The notes beneath the pieces were generated by a model that searched no databases, was not told where the DNA came from, and saw only the letters and a list, made by a program, of their open reading frames with translations. Source: an uncultured Acidobacteriota bacterium (GTDB taxonomy: Bacteria > Acidobacteriota > Blastocatellia > RBC074). From it: a stretch of DNA of 64,000 bases. The stretch lies in assembly GCA_963743045.1 (NCBI GenBank), contig CAVUOF010000017.1, positions 82,595 through 146,594 on the forward strand, given 5' to 3'. Below are positions 50,430 to 60,495 of the stretch, piece after piece. Within the stretch, counting starts at the first letter, position 1. The number at the start of each line of letters is the position of its first letter. The position numbers and the translations under genes are program-made.

Positions 50430-50444
50430 GATTATTTGTCAAGG
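50413..50444 (-). promoter_or_regulatory. Promoter (TTGACA-N18-TAGAGT) overlapping a 9-6-9 perfect palindrome (candidate ArsR-type operator)
   Basis: ccttgacaa-gattat-ttgtcaagg (50421-50444). On the - strand, TTGACA is at 50442-50437 and TAGAGT at 50418-50413. The GTG at 50405 is 7 nt downstream of the -10 element. Confidence 0.45.
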
Positions 50445-50504
50445 CGGATGAGAAAAAATTAGAAGCGGCGCCGGGGGCGCCGCATTCCAGACGATCTCAG
50501 CTTG

Positions 50505-51041
50505 TCATTGGCTGGGCTTCTTGGCTGGTGGCGCCGCTTTTGGCGCCTCGGATGGCTTCCTGATCACTTCCCCTCCACCTGCCTCCCATGCATCGAGACC
50601 ACCCTTCAAGGCGCTCGCACCCTTGTAACCGGCCTTCTCCAGCAGCAGTGCCGCACGGGCACTCGTGTGTTCGACCGGTCAGGTGCAGTAAGCGACTATG
50701 CGTTTCTCCTTTGGAAGGTCCTTGAAGTCTCCCTTCTCGATGCGATCGAGCGGATAGGATACCGACCCCTTTGCATGGGCCGCATTGAAGGAATCGGGAG
50801 AACGCACATCCACAATCAACACTTCGTTTCTGGCCACCAAAGCCTTGAGCTCGGCGACCTCAATTCGCGGCGCGTTGTCACCTTGCGGCGGCGACGTGCC
50901 GGGAGCTACGGTGATCACGGGTGTCGCGAGGGCCGTGGCAGCCGGCTGACTACCGCTGGCCTTGCGCTCGGCGCAAGACAGCAGGAGGGCTGAGCATATG
51001 GCCATCGCGAGGCTCAGGAAGACTTTTGATTCCTTGTTCAT
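50505..51041 (-). CDS. Rhodanese-domain lipoprotein with an in-frame TGA (50679-50681) at the catalytic-Cys position; candidate selenoprotein, otherwise truncated
   Basis: MNKESKVFLSLAMAICSALLLSC (lipobox) ...EVLIVDVRSPDSFNAAHAKGSVSYP...KEKRIVAYCT-TGA-PVEHTSARAALLLEKAGYKGASALKGGLDAWEAGGGEVIRK...PSQ*. The same frame stays open for 58 more codons after the TGA and encodes the rest of the rhodanese fold. Confidence 0.65.
50629..50681 (-). promoter_or_regulatory. Candidate bacterial SECIS-like two-tier hairpin immediately 3' of the in-frame UGA
   Basis: After the UGA, CCGGUC (50678-50673) pairs with GGCCGG (50634-50629) with one U-G pair. The upper stem is AGUGCC (50663-50658) paired with GGCACU (50652-50647), with apical loop CGUGC starting 21 nt after the UGA. 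Confidence 0.3.
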
Positions 51042-51275
51042 ATTCAATAGTCTACACGAATGTCTCCCTTCTAAAAAAGAGACGAAGAGGCCTCGCACCT
51101 GGCCTGTAACATTGAGCCGACACCGATAGATATCCCGATCACTAACACCTCAAAGCTGCTATCATTGTACATTCAATCAAAATCTGGCCGCTCGACCGCC
51201 GCAAGGGCTGCGGGCTCTCGTGTCGGGGTGACCAGGAGAAACGGATTCTCGATTCCAATTGAAGGAGAAGTGCCT

Positions 51276-51864
51276 ATGAATAGACGGACAATGGCGATTG
51301 TGATGATGCTTGCCCTGAGCCTGCTCGTTGTGGCGCAGTCTGCCGCGAAGGCGCAGGATAAAAAGGCGCAGGAGAAAGCGAAGAAGCAGGCCGAGGCGCA
51401 AAAGCTGGCCCAGAGACGCGCTAAACGAACTCTACAAGGTTAAGCCCTCCGCAAAGGCCAGCATCAGCGCAGCTGCGGGGTACGCTGCGTTCAGCAATAA
51501 AGGAATGAAAATCCTTGTTGCTGGTGGTGGCAAAGGAGAGGGCATTGCTTTCGACAACGCCACGCAGAAGACCACTTACATGAAGATGCTCGAGGTACAG
51601 GCAGGCCTGGGGATGGGAGCCAAGAAATTTCTGACGATCTTCGTATTCGAGACCCAGGACGCGCTGAACCAGTTCGTTAACTCCGGTTGGGAATTCGGCG
51701 GTCAGGCCACCGCGGCTGCTAAAACCAGCGACAAGGGGGGCGCCTATCAAGGCGCAACGACCGTAGCGCCGGGCGTCTGGATGTATCAAATCACCGAGAA
51801 GGGACTCGCACTGGAACTGACGGGAAAGGGCACGAAATACTACAAAGACGATGATCTGAATTGA
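51276..51864 (+). CDS. Exported Ysc84/SYLF (DUF500)-like lipid-binding domain protein; one frame break near 51400-51412
   Basis: GAAGGAGA ribosome-binding site and signal peptide MNRRTMAIVMMLALSLLVVAQSAAKA. After the Lys/Ala/Gln-rich linker the frame continues as DALNELYKVKPSAKASISAAAGYAAFSNKGMKILVAGGGKGEGIAFD... (ORF 51328..51864). Confidence 0.65.
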
Positions 51865-52010
51865 GGTTGTCACAGCGAAGCAGACTCACCGCCTGGGACG
51901 ACCAGGGCCGAGGCAGCATCGGATGACTGCCCTCCGCCCCCAGGTTTCAACTACATCTGAGACACTTCGGAAGAGAGCGACCCTTGAAGTTTCGCGCGTC
52001 GTTGGAGAGT

Positions 52011-53072
52011 ATGTGCGCACTGTTGCAAAGGCGCAGAGAAAAGGATATCCGCGGTCTTGCAAAGACGGCGCGCGTCAGGTCGATAGCTGCGCCGGCGGCC
52101 GTTGCTCTGGCGGCCCTGGTGCTGCAGGCCGGTTGCCCGGTCAGGCGGGGCAGTCAGACAAGTGGCTCACCCAGTCCCACACCGCAGGCGACTTCCCTCA
52201 TTGCCTATCTACGCGAGGGCGATTTGTGGGTAATCGGCTCGGGCGGTGAATCGCCGAGGAGACTCGCATCGGCTCCTGAAGGTGAAGCGATCAACGAGTT
52301 CATCTGGTCTTCGGACGGGCAGCATGTCTTCTATCTTATCGGATTCAAGCTCCTTAACGTGTCGCCGTCCAGCGGAAGGTCGGAGCCGGTTGCCGAAATC
52401 TCGTTGCCGCCGGGCACGACGATTGACCGGCTCGAGCTCGCCCGTGACGGGGAGACATTGATCGCCCACTGTCTGGATGCGAACGCGGCTCCGGTACTCT
52501 TTTCTCTGACGAAGAGTGGCCGCGAAGTCCGGGAGCTCGCTGTCGATCAATACGAGGCGCTCGCTCCTGCCCGCCCGGTGACTATCAGGCGCTACGGTGA
52601 GATGTCGGTCTCGCCGGACGCTCGCCAGGTCCTCTTCAAAGCTCCGGTCGGGCCGAATGAGGAGCTCTTTGTGGCCGACGTCGAAACAGGTGCACGCCGG
52701 CAATTGACTGAGCTCGACAAGATGGAAGGCTTCGAACAGTCCGCGCAGGAGGTTGGACGGAGAATTCTCGAGGCCTCATGGTCGCCAGACGGAAGGTACG
52801 TAATCTTCAATCCGGCCCAGGCGTGCTCTGACACCGGTCTCTGCTATGGGAAATTGTACGTCGTTGGAGCGTGGGGCGGTGCGATCACCCAGCTATCCCA
52901 TGAAATGATGGTTACGGTGCCGGTAGGGTGGAAGATGCGAGAAGACTTACTGACATACGACGATGGAAGCCAGATTCTGGTCTCCGACGTGCACGGGGCA
53001 ACGCGGCGCCTCGCAGAGGGGAGCAGTCCTCGATGGCAGCCTGCCGTTCCCGCAGCCGTGGCAGTGAAATAG
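52011..53072 (+). CDS. TolB-like / PD40 beta-propeller lipoprotein
   Basis: ..AALVLQAGC (lipobox-like) followed by repeated ..SSDGQHVFY.., ..ARDGETLI.., ..VSPDARQVLF.., ..WSPDGRYVIF.. The ATG at 52011 is preferred over the TTG at 51984. Confidence 0.6.
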   Translation: MCALLQRRREKDIRGLAKTARVRSIAAPAAVALAALVLQAGCPVRRGSQTSGSPSPTPQATSLIAYLREGDLWVIGSGGESPRRLASAPEGEAINEFIWSSDGQHVFYLIGFKLLNVSPSSGRSEPVAEISLPPGTTIDRLELARDGETLIAHCLDANAAPVLFSLTKSGREVRELAVDQYEALAPARPVTIRRYGEMSVSPDARQVLFKAPVGPNEELFVADVETGARRQLTELDKMEGFEQSAQEVGRRILEASWSPDGRYVIFNPAQACSDTGLCYGKLYVVGAWGGAITQLSHEMMVTVPVGWKMREDLLTYDDGSQILVSDVHGATRRLAEGSSPRWQPAVPAAVAVK

Positions 53073-53097
53073 GTATTGAGGCTTACCGGCGCCTAAG

Positions 53098-53308
53098 GTT
53101 GCCGCGCCAAGGGCGCGACCTGAAATAGCCCAGGGCGAAGCCCTGGGTCCTTGGCAACGAAACGAAACCCAGCCCTATATAGGGGCGGCATTTTCGCAAC
53201 GGTTCGATTCTACTTGGTGAATGCCGCCCCTGTGGGACTACCAATTTGCTCCTTCGTGAATCCCGGGGCTACGCCCCGGGCTATTTCAGGTCGCGCCTTT
53301 GGCGCGAC
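53098..53308. mobile_element. Repeat family A, full inverted doublet (REPIN/MITE-like)
   Basis: The left arm gttgccgcgccaagggcgcgacctgaaatagcccagggcgaagccctggg faces the right arm cccggggctacgccccgggctatttcaggtcgcgcctttggcgcgac. Confidence 0.8.
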
Positions 53309-53461
53309 CCAATCGAGCGTGGTCGTCAAGTGCCGCAAGGTCGATAGAGGTTGTAGGGGCAAGCTGTCCCTCCCAGCCCGGCGGCGTCAGGCGTCGAATA
53401 GGCTTCGCCTTGAATTTGACGCAATCGGGTCATGTAGGTTAGATTGTGCGCGGTGATTTGA

Positions 53462-53899
53462 ATGGCCAATTCACTCGGAATAGTCAAAAAGTCCCGCCCG
53501 GGCGATGATGTCGACGCCTACTGCGGAAAGTGCAAAGAGGTTCGCACCCATGCGATTGTCGCTCTCAATAGCCAGAGCGGCATCGATCGAGTGCAATGCC
53601 GCACCTGTCAGGGCAATCACAAATACAAACCAGCCCCCAGTGATGGTGCGTCGAGCCTTCGGAAATCGGGTACTACGAGAACCAGGGCGGCCGGAACACG
53701 TGAAACACGCGGCAGACGCGGAGCCGAGGCTGGCGCCGACCTCGCACCAGCGAAGGATTACTCGATGCGCGAGCGTTTTCGCGTGGGCGATCGCATTACT
53801 CATCCAAGGTTTGGCGTGGGACTTGTCATCGATGAGCGCTCAGGCAAGATTGACGTCCGGTTTGGAAAAGAGGTTCGCACGCTGGTCCACAGCATCTGA
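53462..53899 (+). CDS. Hypothetical zinc-ribbon protein (CxxC...CxxC) with a basic linker and a small C-terminal beta-rich domain
   Basis: ..DAYCGKCKEVRTHAIV...VQCRTCQGNHKY.. then ..RFRVGDRITHPRFGVGLVIDERSGKIDVRFGKEVRTLV. No family name recalled with confidence. Confidence 0.5.
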   Translation: MANSLGIVKKSRPGDDVDAYCGKCKEVRTHAIVALNSQSGIDRVQCRTCQGNHKYKPAPSDGASSLRKSGTTRTRAAGTRETRGRRGAEAGADLAPAKDYSMRERFRVGDRITHPRFGVGLVIDERSGKIDVRFGKEVRTLVHSI

Positions 53900-53939
53900 T
53901 TCCGCTGCTTTTTCCACTTCCTGAATCTCCACAACCAAG

Positions 53940-54311
53940 ATGATGCGACTATTAGTACGTTGGGCAATTGCTACAATCGCCATCTTCGTTGCCGTCAAAT
54001 TCCTGCCTGGGATTCACTTTCATGGCTCACTCTGGGCGCTTGCCGGTGTGGCCGCCATCTGGGGACTTGTCAACTCGCTCGTCCGGCCACTGCTGAAGCT
54101 ACTGACCTGTCCGTTGATCATACTCACACTTGGTCTCTTCACTCTGATCATCAACGCCGCGATGCTTCTGTTGACCTCGTGGCTCGCGGAAGGCTTTGGG
54201 ATCCGCTTCATCGTTGATGACCTCTGGGCGGCATTCTGGGGAGCACTCGTCATAAGCATCGTCAGCTTCCTTCTCAGCCTGCTGATTGGCGAGGCTGAAT
54301 CAGCGGCGTAG
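53940..54311 (+). CDS. DUF360 / phage-holin-4_2 family membrane protein
   Basis: MMRLLVRWAIATIAIFVAVKFLPGIHF..LVNSLVRPLLKLLTCPLIILTLGLFTLIINAAMLLLTSWL.. with four TM helices. Confidence 0.7.
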   Translation: MMRLLVRWAIATIAIFVAVKFLPGIHFHGSLWALAGVAAIWGLVNSLVRPLLKLLTCPLIILTLGLFTLIINAAMLLLTSWLAEGFGIRFIVDDLWAAFWGALVISIVSFLLSLLIGEAESAA

Positions 54312-54913
54312 CCAGCCCTCAAGAAACGTCCGAGCCTTCCTCAGAGCCTTTCCACGATGGCTGCGTCTTGCCTTCTCTTCGCGGCTCAATTCAGCAAATG
54401 TAAGATCGAGCTCAGGATCCAAAAAGATCGGATCGTAGCCAAAACCGTTTGCTCCCCGAGGCTCAAGGGCAATCCGTCCTTCGCAGACTCCTTCGAACAT
54501 CGTTTGAATTCCGTTACCCACCAGCGCCAGACAGCAGACGAAGCGCGCCGTGCGCTGCGATATCGGGACTCCCTTCAACGAGTCGAGAAGCAGCGCAATC
54601 TGTTGGGCTGAACTGGCTCCCGGGCCGCCGTAACGGGCGGAATAGACTCCCGGCGCTCCATCGAGGTAGTCGACTTCGAGCCCTGAGTCGTCGGAGAGGA
54701 CGAGCAGGCTGCTCAAGGCGTGATAGTGCTCGGCCTTGATAAGGGCGTTGGCTGCGAAGGTCTCGCCGTTTTCAACCGCTTCCGGCAGAGCAGCGGAAGA
54801 TCGGCAAGTCCGATGATCCTGCACGGAAGTCCGCTCAACTCCGCCTCAATCTCGACTATCTTTCCGGGGTTGGTCGTCGAGACCAGCAGGGTTGTCGACT
54901 GGGCCTCGGCCAT
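54300..54913 (-). CDS. rdgB: Non-canonical purine NTP pyrophosphatase (RdgB/HAM1); one frame break near 54789-54798
   Basis: MAEAQSTTLLVSTTNPGKIVEIEAEL..IIGLADLP (ORF 54713..54913) continues as ALPEAVENGETFAANALIKA...SDDSGLEVDYLDGAPGVYSARY...ANGFGYDPIF..EEKARRSHRGKA (ORF 54300..54824). Confidence 0.85.
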
Positions 54914-54957
54914 GGATGGTCAGGGGTGGTCGGGCGGTCGGGCCATTGGTATTGAAG

Positions 54958-55829
54958 CTAGGGCGCGATGAGAATCAACTGGAGCTCGGTGTTGCCGACT
55001 CGAAGCCGGTCCTTGCTGGAGATCTTCTGCGTCTCAGTAACGCGGACATCGTTGACGAACGTGCCGTTTGTCGAAAAGTCATCGCGGATCGAGCAGTCAC
55101 CGTCGCGGCAAACAATGAGTGCGTGAGAGGAGCTGACTGCATCGTCCTCGATGATAATGTCACACTGGCCTCTTGCCCCTATGCGATTGACTCCGGCACG
55201 CAGCCGGAAATCCTTCCCTTCCGGATGGCCGGTGAAGGTTACGAGCCATCCTACGAGGCGCCTGTCAGAGGCTTGCTTCACGTCGTCTACCGAAATAACC
55301 ACCGTTCGCCGGTCGCTGCTATTCCCATCCTCGGAGAGTCGTGGAGCAGGCGGTGTCACGGTTGAGGGTTGTATCGGTGGTGGCGGCGGGGGAGGCGGCA
55401 TGCGATAGGCCTTTGAATCAACAGTGTTGGCTGATTCGACGACCTCCGGCTTTTCAGCGAGCCTCAGTTGAGGCGGGATATCGACAGGAGTTGCCCCGTC
55501 CGATGATGGCCGATTTTCTCTTCTCGTCCTGTTGTCGACCACGGGATCAGGAGCGGAGAGACCACCTGTTACATCGCCTGTTCCTTTGCCCCAACGCCCA
55601 AGGTCAGACGTGAGGGTGCTCGCCGCTTGTCGGGAGCGACAGCGGGAGGGTCGAGTGATTCGGCGGCCGGGCAGTAGGGGCAGCGATCATAAACCGCGCT
55701 GTAAATATGGCCGTGGCCGCAGTTAACAAGAGATGAGCTGACGAGGTCCTCGCGAGGGAAAGGTGTGCCGCAGTTGCCGCAGAATTTTGCGGTGTCAACG
55801 TTCTGACGATGGCATGCAGGACAGTTCAT
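54958..55829 (-). CDS. Double zinc-ribbon plus FHA-domain protein (probably one gene with a frame break around 55580-55640; otherwise two adjacent genes)
   Basis: MNCPACHRQNVDTAKFCGNCGTPF...VNCGHGHIYSAVYDRCPYCP (ORF 55569..55865, GGAGGG ribosome-binding site). The FHA part is ..LVGWLVTFTGHPEGKDFRLRAGVNRIGARGQCDIIIEDDAVSSSHALIV..DDFSTNGTFVND.. (ORF 54958..55542). The FHA frame is open far upstream of its GTG, overlapping the zinc-ribbon ORF. Confidence 0.65.
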
Positions 55830-55891
55830 TCGGGAACCCTCCGAAAGGCGCCAATACGGATGCATAGCCGCCTGAGACAGGCATTGACCAC

Positions 55892-56884
55892 TTACCTCTT
55901 CCCAACAACGATGGTGGCCTTGACCGAGACGTCCCAGTTAACCCCGTGACGCTCTCGATCAATGATCAGGCTCAGACTTTCAAGGACGCGTTGCCTCGTA
56001 TCCTCGTCGGGCAGCATCTCGAGCCACTCATCAAGGAAAGCATTCTCAATGAGCGGGTCTGCCAGGAATGCTGCGCCGTTATCGTAGTCGAAGCTCCTCC
56101 TTGCGTGTCACGCTGTGTACACGCTTGAGGCCGCTAGCCTCGGCGATTTCTTCTGCGTTGCTCGATCGTCGGGCGTTCAGTGATCAACCGTTCAAGGGCA
56201 GGAGTCAGTCCTTCGAGGCCGATATCATGCAAGGCCTCCCAATAGATCGAGAAGAACTCATCGAAGCTTCCTCGTGTTGCTAGCTTGATGGCAACGGTGC
56301 CACCACCCCTGGTGACGCGAGCCAACTCCGAGAGCGCCGCTCTCGAGATCGGCAGGCGCCAACATTGACGCATCTCCGATGGTGACGTCGAAGATCGAAT
56401 CGTCAAATTGGAGATCTAGAAGCGATGACTGCTGGAAGACGATTCTGTCGAGCTTCTGCGTGATCGCCTTGGCGCGTGCAAGCTCCAGTCGTTCAAGGCT
56501 GTGATCTGAAGCAAACACCTCGAGCTTTACCGGATTGCCTGCAGCAAGCTCCAGCGCGTAGCCACCGGTGCCACACTCCGCGTCCAGTATCCGCGCGGGT
56601 AACGGAATGGTGACTTCAGAATCGACCAGACTGTCAAATCTTTCCCGCCACAACGGGGCGATATAGAGATCGTAGATGAATGCCAGCTCCTTCTCGTCCT
56701 TGACTGCCGCCATGAACTGATAGTAGCCATTCCTGTCAAGGCCATCAAGCCACGCTCTTGTTGCCACACTCTGTTGACGCTCCTTGGACTGATCAAGCAG
56801 GAGCGTGCTAGATTGCTTGCCAATAGCCGGTGCTGGTCCCCTTGAGGACCCCGACGGTGTCCATCGGTACATGACAGCAATCAT
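55892..56884 (-). CDS. Class I SAM-dependent methyltransferase with a C-terminal extension; three successive +1 frame breaks (about 56350, 56145, 56090)
   Basis: ..ILDAECGTGGYALELA.. and ..FDVTIGDASMLAPADLE (ORF 56258..56884) | RAALSELARVTRGGGTVAIKLATRGSFDEFF..ERPTIEQ (ORF 56134..56406) | AEEIAEASGLKRV | FDYDNGAAFLADPLIENAFLDEWLEMLPDED...VVGKR* (my translation; stop at 55892). Confidence 0.55.
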
Positions 56885-56916
56885 TGGCTCTACTGCCAGA
56901 GAGGAAGTGGATTCTC

Positions 56917-57306
56917 ATGCCGCGAAGAATATTGATCGCCGACGATGAAAAGGAGGCGCGGCTGCTCTGGTCTGCCGTCGCTGAGTCCGAAGGCTTCAGC
57001 GTCGTTGAAGCCACGGATGGGCGTGCCGCCCTCGATGCCCTTCAGGGCGACGACAAATTTGACGTGGTGGTGCTGGATGTCATGATGCCCTTTCTCGACG
57101 GTTATGAAGTCCTCCGTCAAATGAAAGAGGACTCTCGCCTCAAGTCGGTTCCCGTAATCATCTCAACTGCCGATCGTACAACCCAGGATCTCGAAGGCAT
57201 CTTTTCCGGCCCGGGCATCTTCTTCATCAACAAGTCCTCAGGACTCGAGAACATGCGGCGCGGTATGGCCAAGGCGGCCGCAGCGTCGGGTCATGCATCT
57301 GATTGA
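56917..57306 (+). CDS. Stand-alone response-regulator receiver domain (CheY-like)
   Basis: MPRRILIADDEKEARLL...FDVVVLDVMMPFLDGYEVLRQMK...PVIISTA. A GAGGAAG ribosome-binding site precedes it. Confidence 0.8.
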   Translation: MPRRILIADDEKEARLLWSAVAESEGFSVVEATDGRAALDALQGDDKFDVVVLDVMMPFLDGYEVLRQMKEDSRLKSVPVIISTADRTTQDLEGIFSGPGIFFINKSSGLENMRRGMAKAAAASGHASD

Positions 57307-57760
57307 CGGAAACAATGTAATCGGACAGCGAGTCGGATGGCATCGCGACAAGGCCGGGGCTCGGCGTCGCCTGCTGACCGAGCTGGCGCGTGCAGGAAAG
57401 GCCCGACCAGGCAGGTTTGCCGTAGTCTTCGATGGCGCACCCGACCCGGGATTTCCTGACGGCTCGCGTTTCCAGGGCATCAAGGTCTACTACGCAAGGT
57501 CCGGCTCCGATGCAGATCATCGAATCCTCGAGTTGATCGAAGCCGAGCGAGACCGGCGGGGACTGATTGTAGTCACCTCGGACCGCGGCCTGACTGCCAG
57601 GGTCAGGGTCTCAGGCGTCAGGGTGGTGAGGTCAGGAGCTTTCCGAAAGCAGCTCGCCGATTGGCTCCTTGACCATGATGAGGACGGTGAAGACGAGCCG
57701 GACGAACGCGGACTCTCGGAATGGATGCGATATTTTGGTGCCTCCGAAGAGGAGGATTGA
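57293..57760 (+). CDS. NYN-domain (YacP/Rae1-like) predicted ribonuclease
   Basis: MHLIDGNNVIG...FAVVFDGAP...IKVYYARSGSDADHRILELIE...LIVVTSDRGL. It overlaps the receiver gene by 14 nt. Confidence 0.7.
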   Translation: MHLIDGNNVIGQRVGWHRDKAGARRRLLTELARAGKARPGRFAVVFDGAPDPGFPDGSRFQGIKVYYARSGSDADHRILELIEAERDRRGLIVVTSDRGLTARVRVSGVRVVRSGAFRKQLADWLLDHDEDGEDEPDERGLSEWMRYFGASEEED

Positions 57761-57967
57761 CGGGAGGCAATTACCCGCGCCAGACGGCGCGGGACGGCAG
57801 GGACAAGTCCCTGCCCCTACAATGACTGCGTCGAAGGGGCGGCTCCGAGCCGCCTTCCTGCGGCTGACGCCGCGGTCCCAGGTCTCCTCGCTCCAAATGT
57901 CTCTAATTGACACACCGTAAATATTGACGATAATTGAATCTACCTGCGATTGCAGAAGGGTTGAGGG

Positions 57968-60476
57968 ATGGCCAACAGGAAAACTCCGGCAAGACCTGCG
58001 CCGGCGCACAAGCGCCAGCCTGCAGGATATTCTTCCGGTCCGAATCCTCTTCTCGGGCTCCTCCGCTCTCCCGTCTTTATCGCGCTGGTGGTGATACTGG
58101 GTTTGACCGCCGGCGGAGTCCTCTCCTACTACTACTTTCGATACACTCGCCTTATCGACGCAGGGTTGCGCGGTGATATCTTCGTTCGTTCTTCCGGCAT
58201 TTATGCGGCGCCTACCCGAATCTGGACGGGATCGCCGATAAAAGAGGCCGATCTTATCGCTCAACTGAAGCGCATCGGCTACCAGGACCAGGCCGGGGCT
58301 GACAAACGGCGTGGCCTGTTCACACCGCGCGGCGCGGTGCTCGAAATCCATCCGGGATCGGACGCCACGGTAGACGGAACTCGCCCTTTCCGTGATCTGC
58401 GCGTCTCTTTCGGGAAGAACGGCGACGGCATCCAGGGGATTACCGACCTCAGTTCCCGTGAAGGGATCAAGGACGCAGTTCTCGAGCCTGAGCTCATCTC
58501 ATCGGTACTCAATGCCGAGCGTCAGAAGAGAAAGATCATTGACTTTAAGGACCTGCCTGCAAACCTCGTCCAGGCGATCGTAGCCATCGAGGACCGCCAG
58601 TTCTTCGAACACTATGGAATCAACTGGCGCGGGATCATCAGGGCTCTCATACGTGACTACCAGACGGGCGAAATGCGTGAGGGCGGCAGCTCTATCACTC
58701 AACAACTGGTAAAGAATTTCTTCCTGACTCCGGACAAGACTCCGAAGCGCAAGCTCGCCGAGGCATACATTTCCGTGCTGCTCGAACAGAGACTATCGAA
58801 GGAGCAGATCATGGCAATGTACTGCAATCAGATCTATCTCGGGCAGCGTGGCGGCTTTTCGATCAATGGATTTGGGGAGGCGGCGCGCGCCTACTTCGAC
58901 AAGGACGTGTCGCATCTGACTCTGCCGGAAGCCGCGATGCTTGCGGGCATCATTCGAAGCCCGAATCGATACTCGCCATGGACCCATTCTGACCGAGCCC
59001 AGGAACGCCGGAATCTGGTGCTCGATAAGATGGTCGAAGCGGACCAGATCACGCGCGATGCTGCCGATCGCGCCGAGGCTGCTCCTCTCGGCGTCGTCAA
59101 GGGCGGCATGGACGTCTCGGACGCGCCCTACTTCATGGACTATCTGACCAGACAGATCGAGCAGCAGTATGACGATCGCGCCGGAGCACTGCGATCCCTC
59201 CGTATCTACTCGACTCTCGACATAGGGCTTCAACGTGCCGCCTACCAGGCAGTGTCAAAGCAGATGGCCGCGCTCGACAAGATGTTCGCCAAGCGCAAGG
59301 GCGGTGCGGCCGGTCTCCAGGCTGCGCTCGTCGCAATGAATGCCAAAACTGGTGAAGTGATGGCGATGGTTGGAGGGCGCGACTATGCGGCGAGCCAGCT
59401 CAATCGCGCAACCGAGGCTCGTCGTCAACCCGGCTCGGTCTTCAAGCCCTTTGTTTACGCTGCCGCCCTCTCGACGGCATACGACGATCCGGCCATGGTC
59501 ATCACACCGGCGACGCTCTTCATGGACGCGCCGCGGAAATTCGATTACGGGAGCGGCCGGAGCTACGATCCCGGTAACTTTGGTGACAAGTACGATCGCG
59601 TCAACGTGACGGTTCGCGATGCCCTCGTCCACTCGAAGAACGTCATCACAGTCGAGATCGCCGAGCGCGTCGGCTTCAACATAGTGGCGAGGCTGGCTGC
59701 CAATGCCGGTCTTCCGAAACCACCGATCTATCCATCAATGGCACTGGGTGTGGGCGAAGCGACACCTCTTCAGGTCGCCTCCGCTTATACAATCTTTGCC
59801 AATCACGGCATGCACGTCACACCGGTCTCACTCAGTCGAGTGACAGCCGCCACCGGTTCGACCATTCTCACCTCCAAACCCGAGATGAATCGCGTCATCA
59901 GTCCTCAGGTGGCATACATCATGACCTCGATGATGCAGGACGTGATCAATCGGGGCACCGGCTCGCGAGTTCGACAGATGGGCTTCAAGGGGACGGCCGC
60001 CGGCAAGACCGGCTCCTCGCGCGATGCCTGGTTTGCGGGATACACACCCAACCTGATTTGTGTCGTCTGGGTAGGCTTCGACGATAATCACGATATCGGG
60101 CTCACCGGAGGGATTGCCGCGGCCCCGATCTGGGCCGACTTCATGGCCAAGGCGCTGCAGCTGCATCCCGAGCTCGCGGGAGATTTCGACGATCCCGGTG
60201 ATCTGGCGGCTGTGGACATCGATCCCACCACCGGTCTGGTAGCCCAGATGGGTGGGGGCGACATACGGGCATGAGTTTTTCATCAAGGGCTCCGAGCCAA
60301 CCACGACGGCCCCGGCACTTCCTGGCTCCGAGCCAGGGCAAGCCCTCCCACTTCCTCCCTCAAAGCCAACTCCGCCGGAGCCTCCGGCAGGGCAGACCGA
60401 CAGCCCTGGCGTAGCTATGACCCGCAACCCAGCCGATCGTCCTCGAGTCGTGACCACCCCACGCCCCGCGCAGTAG
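57968..60476 (+). CDS. mrcA: Penicillin-binding protein 1A-type bifunctional transglycosylase/transpeptidase; one frame break at the G5 run 60254-60258
   Basis: GT51 motifs AIVAIEDRQFFEHYGIN and GGSSITQQLVKN. Transpeptidase motifs SVFKP, SKN and KTGS. ..TGLVAQMGG continues as ATYGHEFFIKGSEPT... (ORF 60252..60476) if one G is removed. Confidence 0.9.
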
Positions 60477-60495
60477 CTCTCGCATCAGCGCCAAT

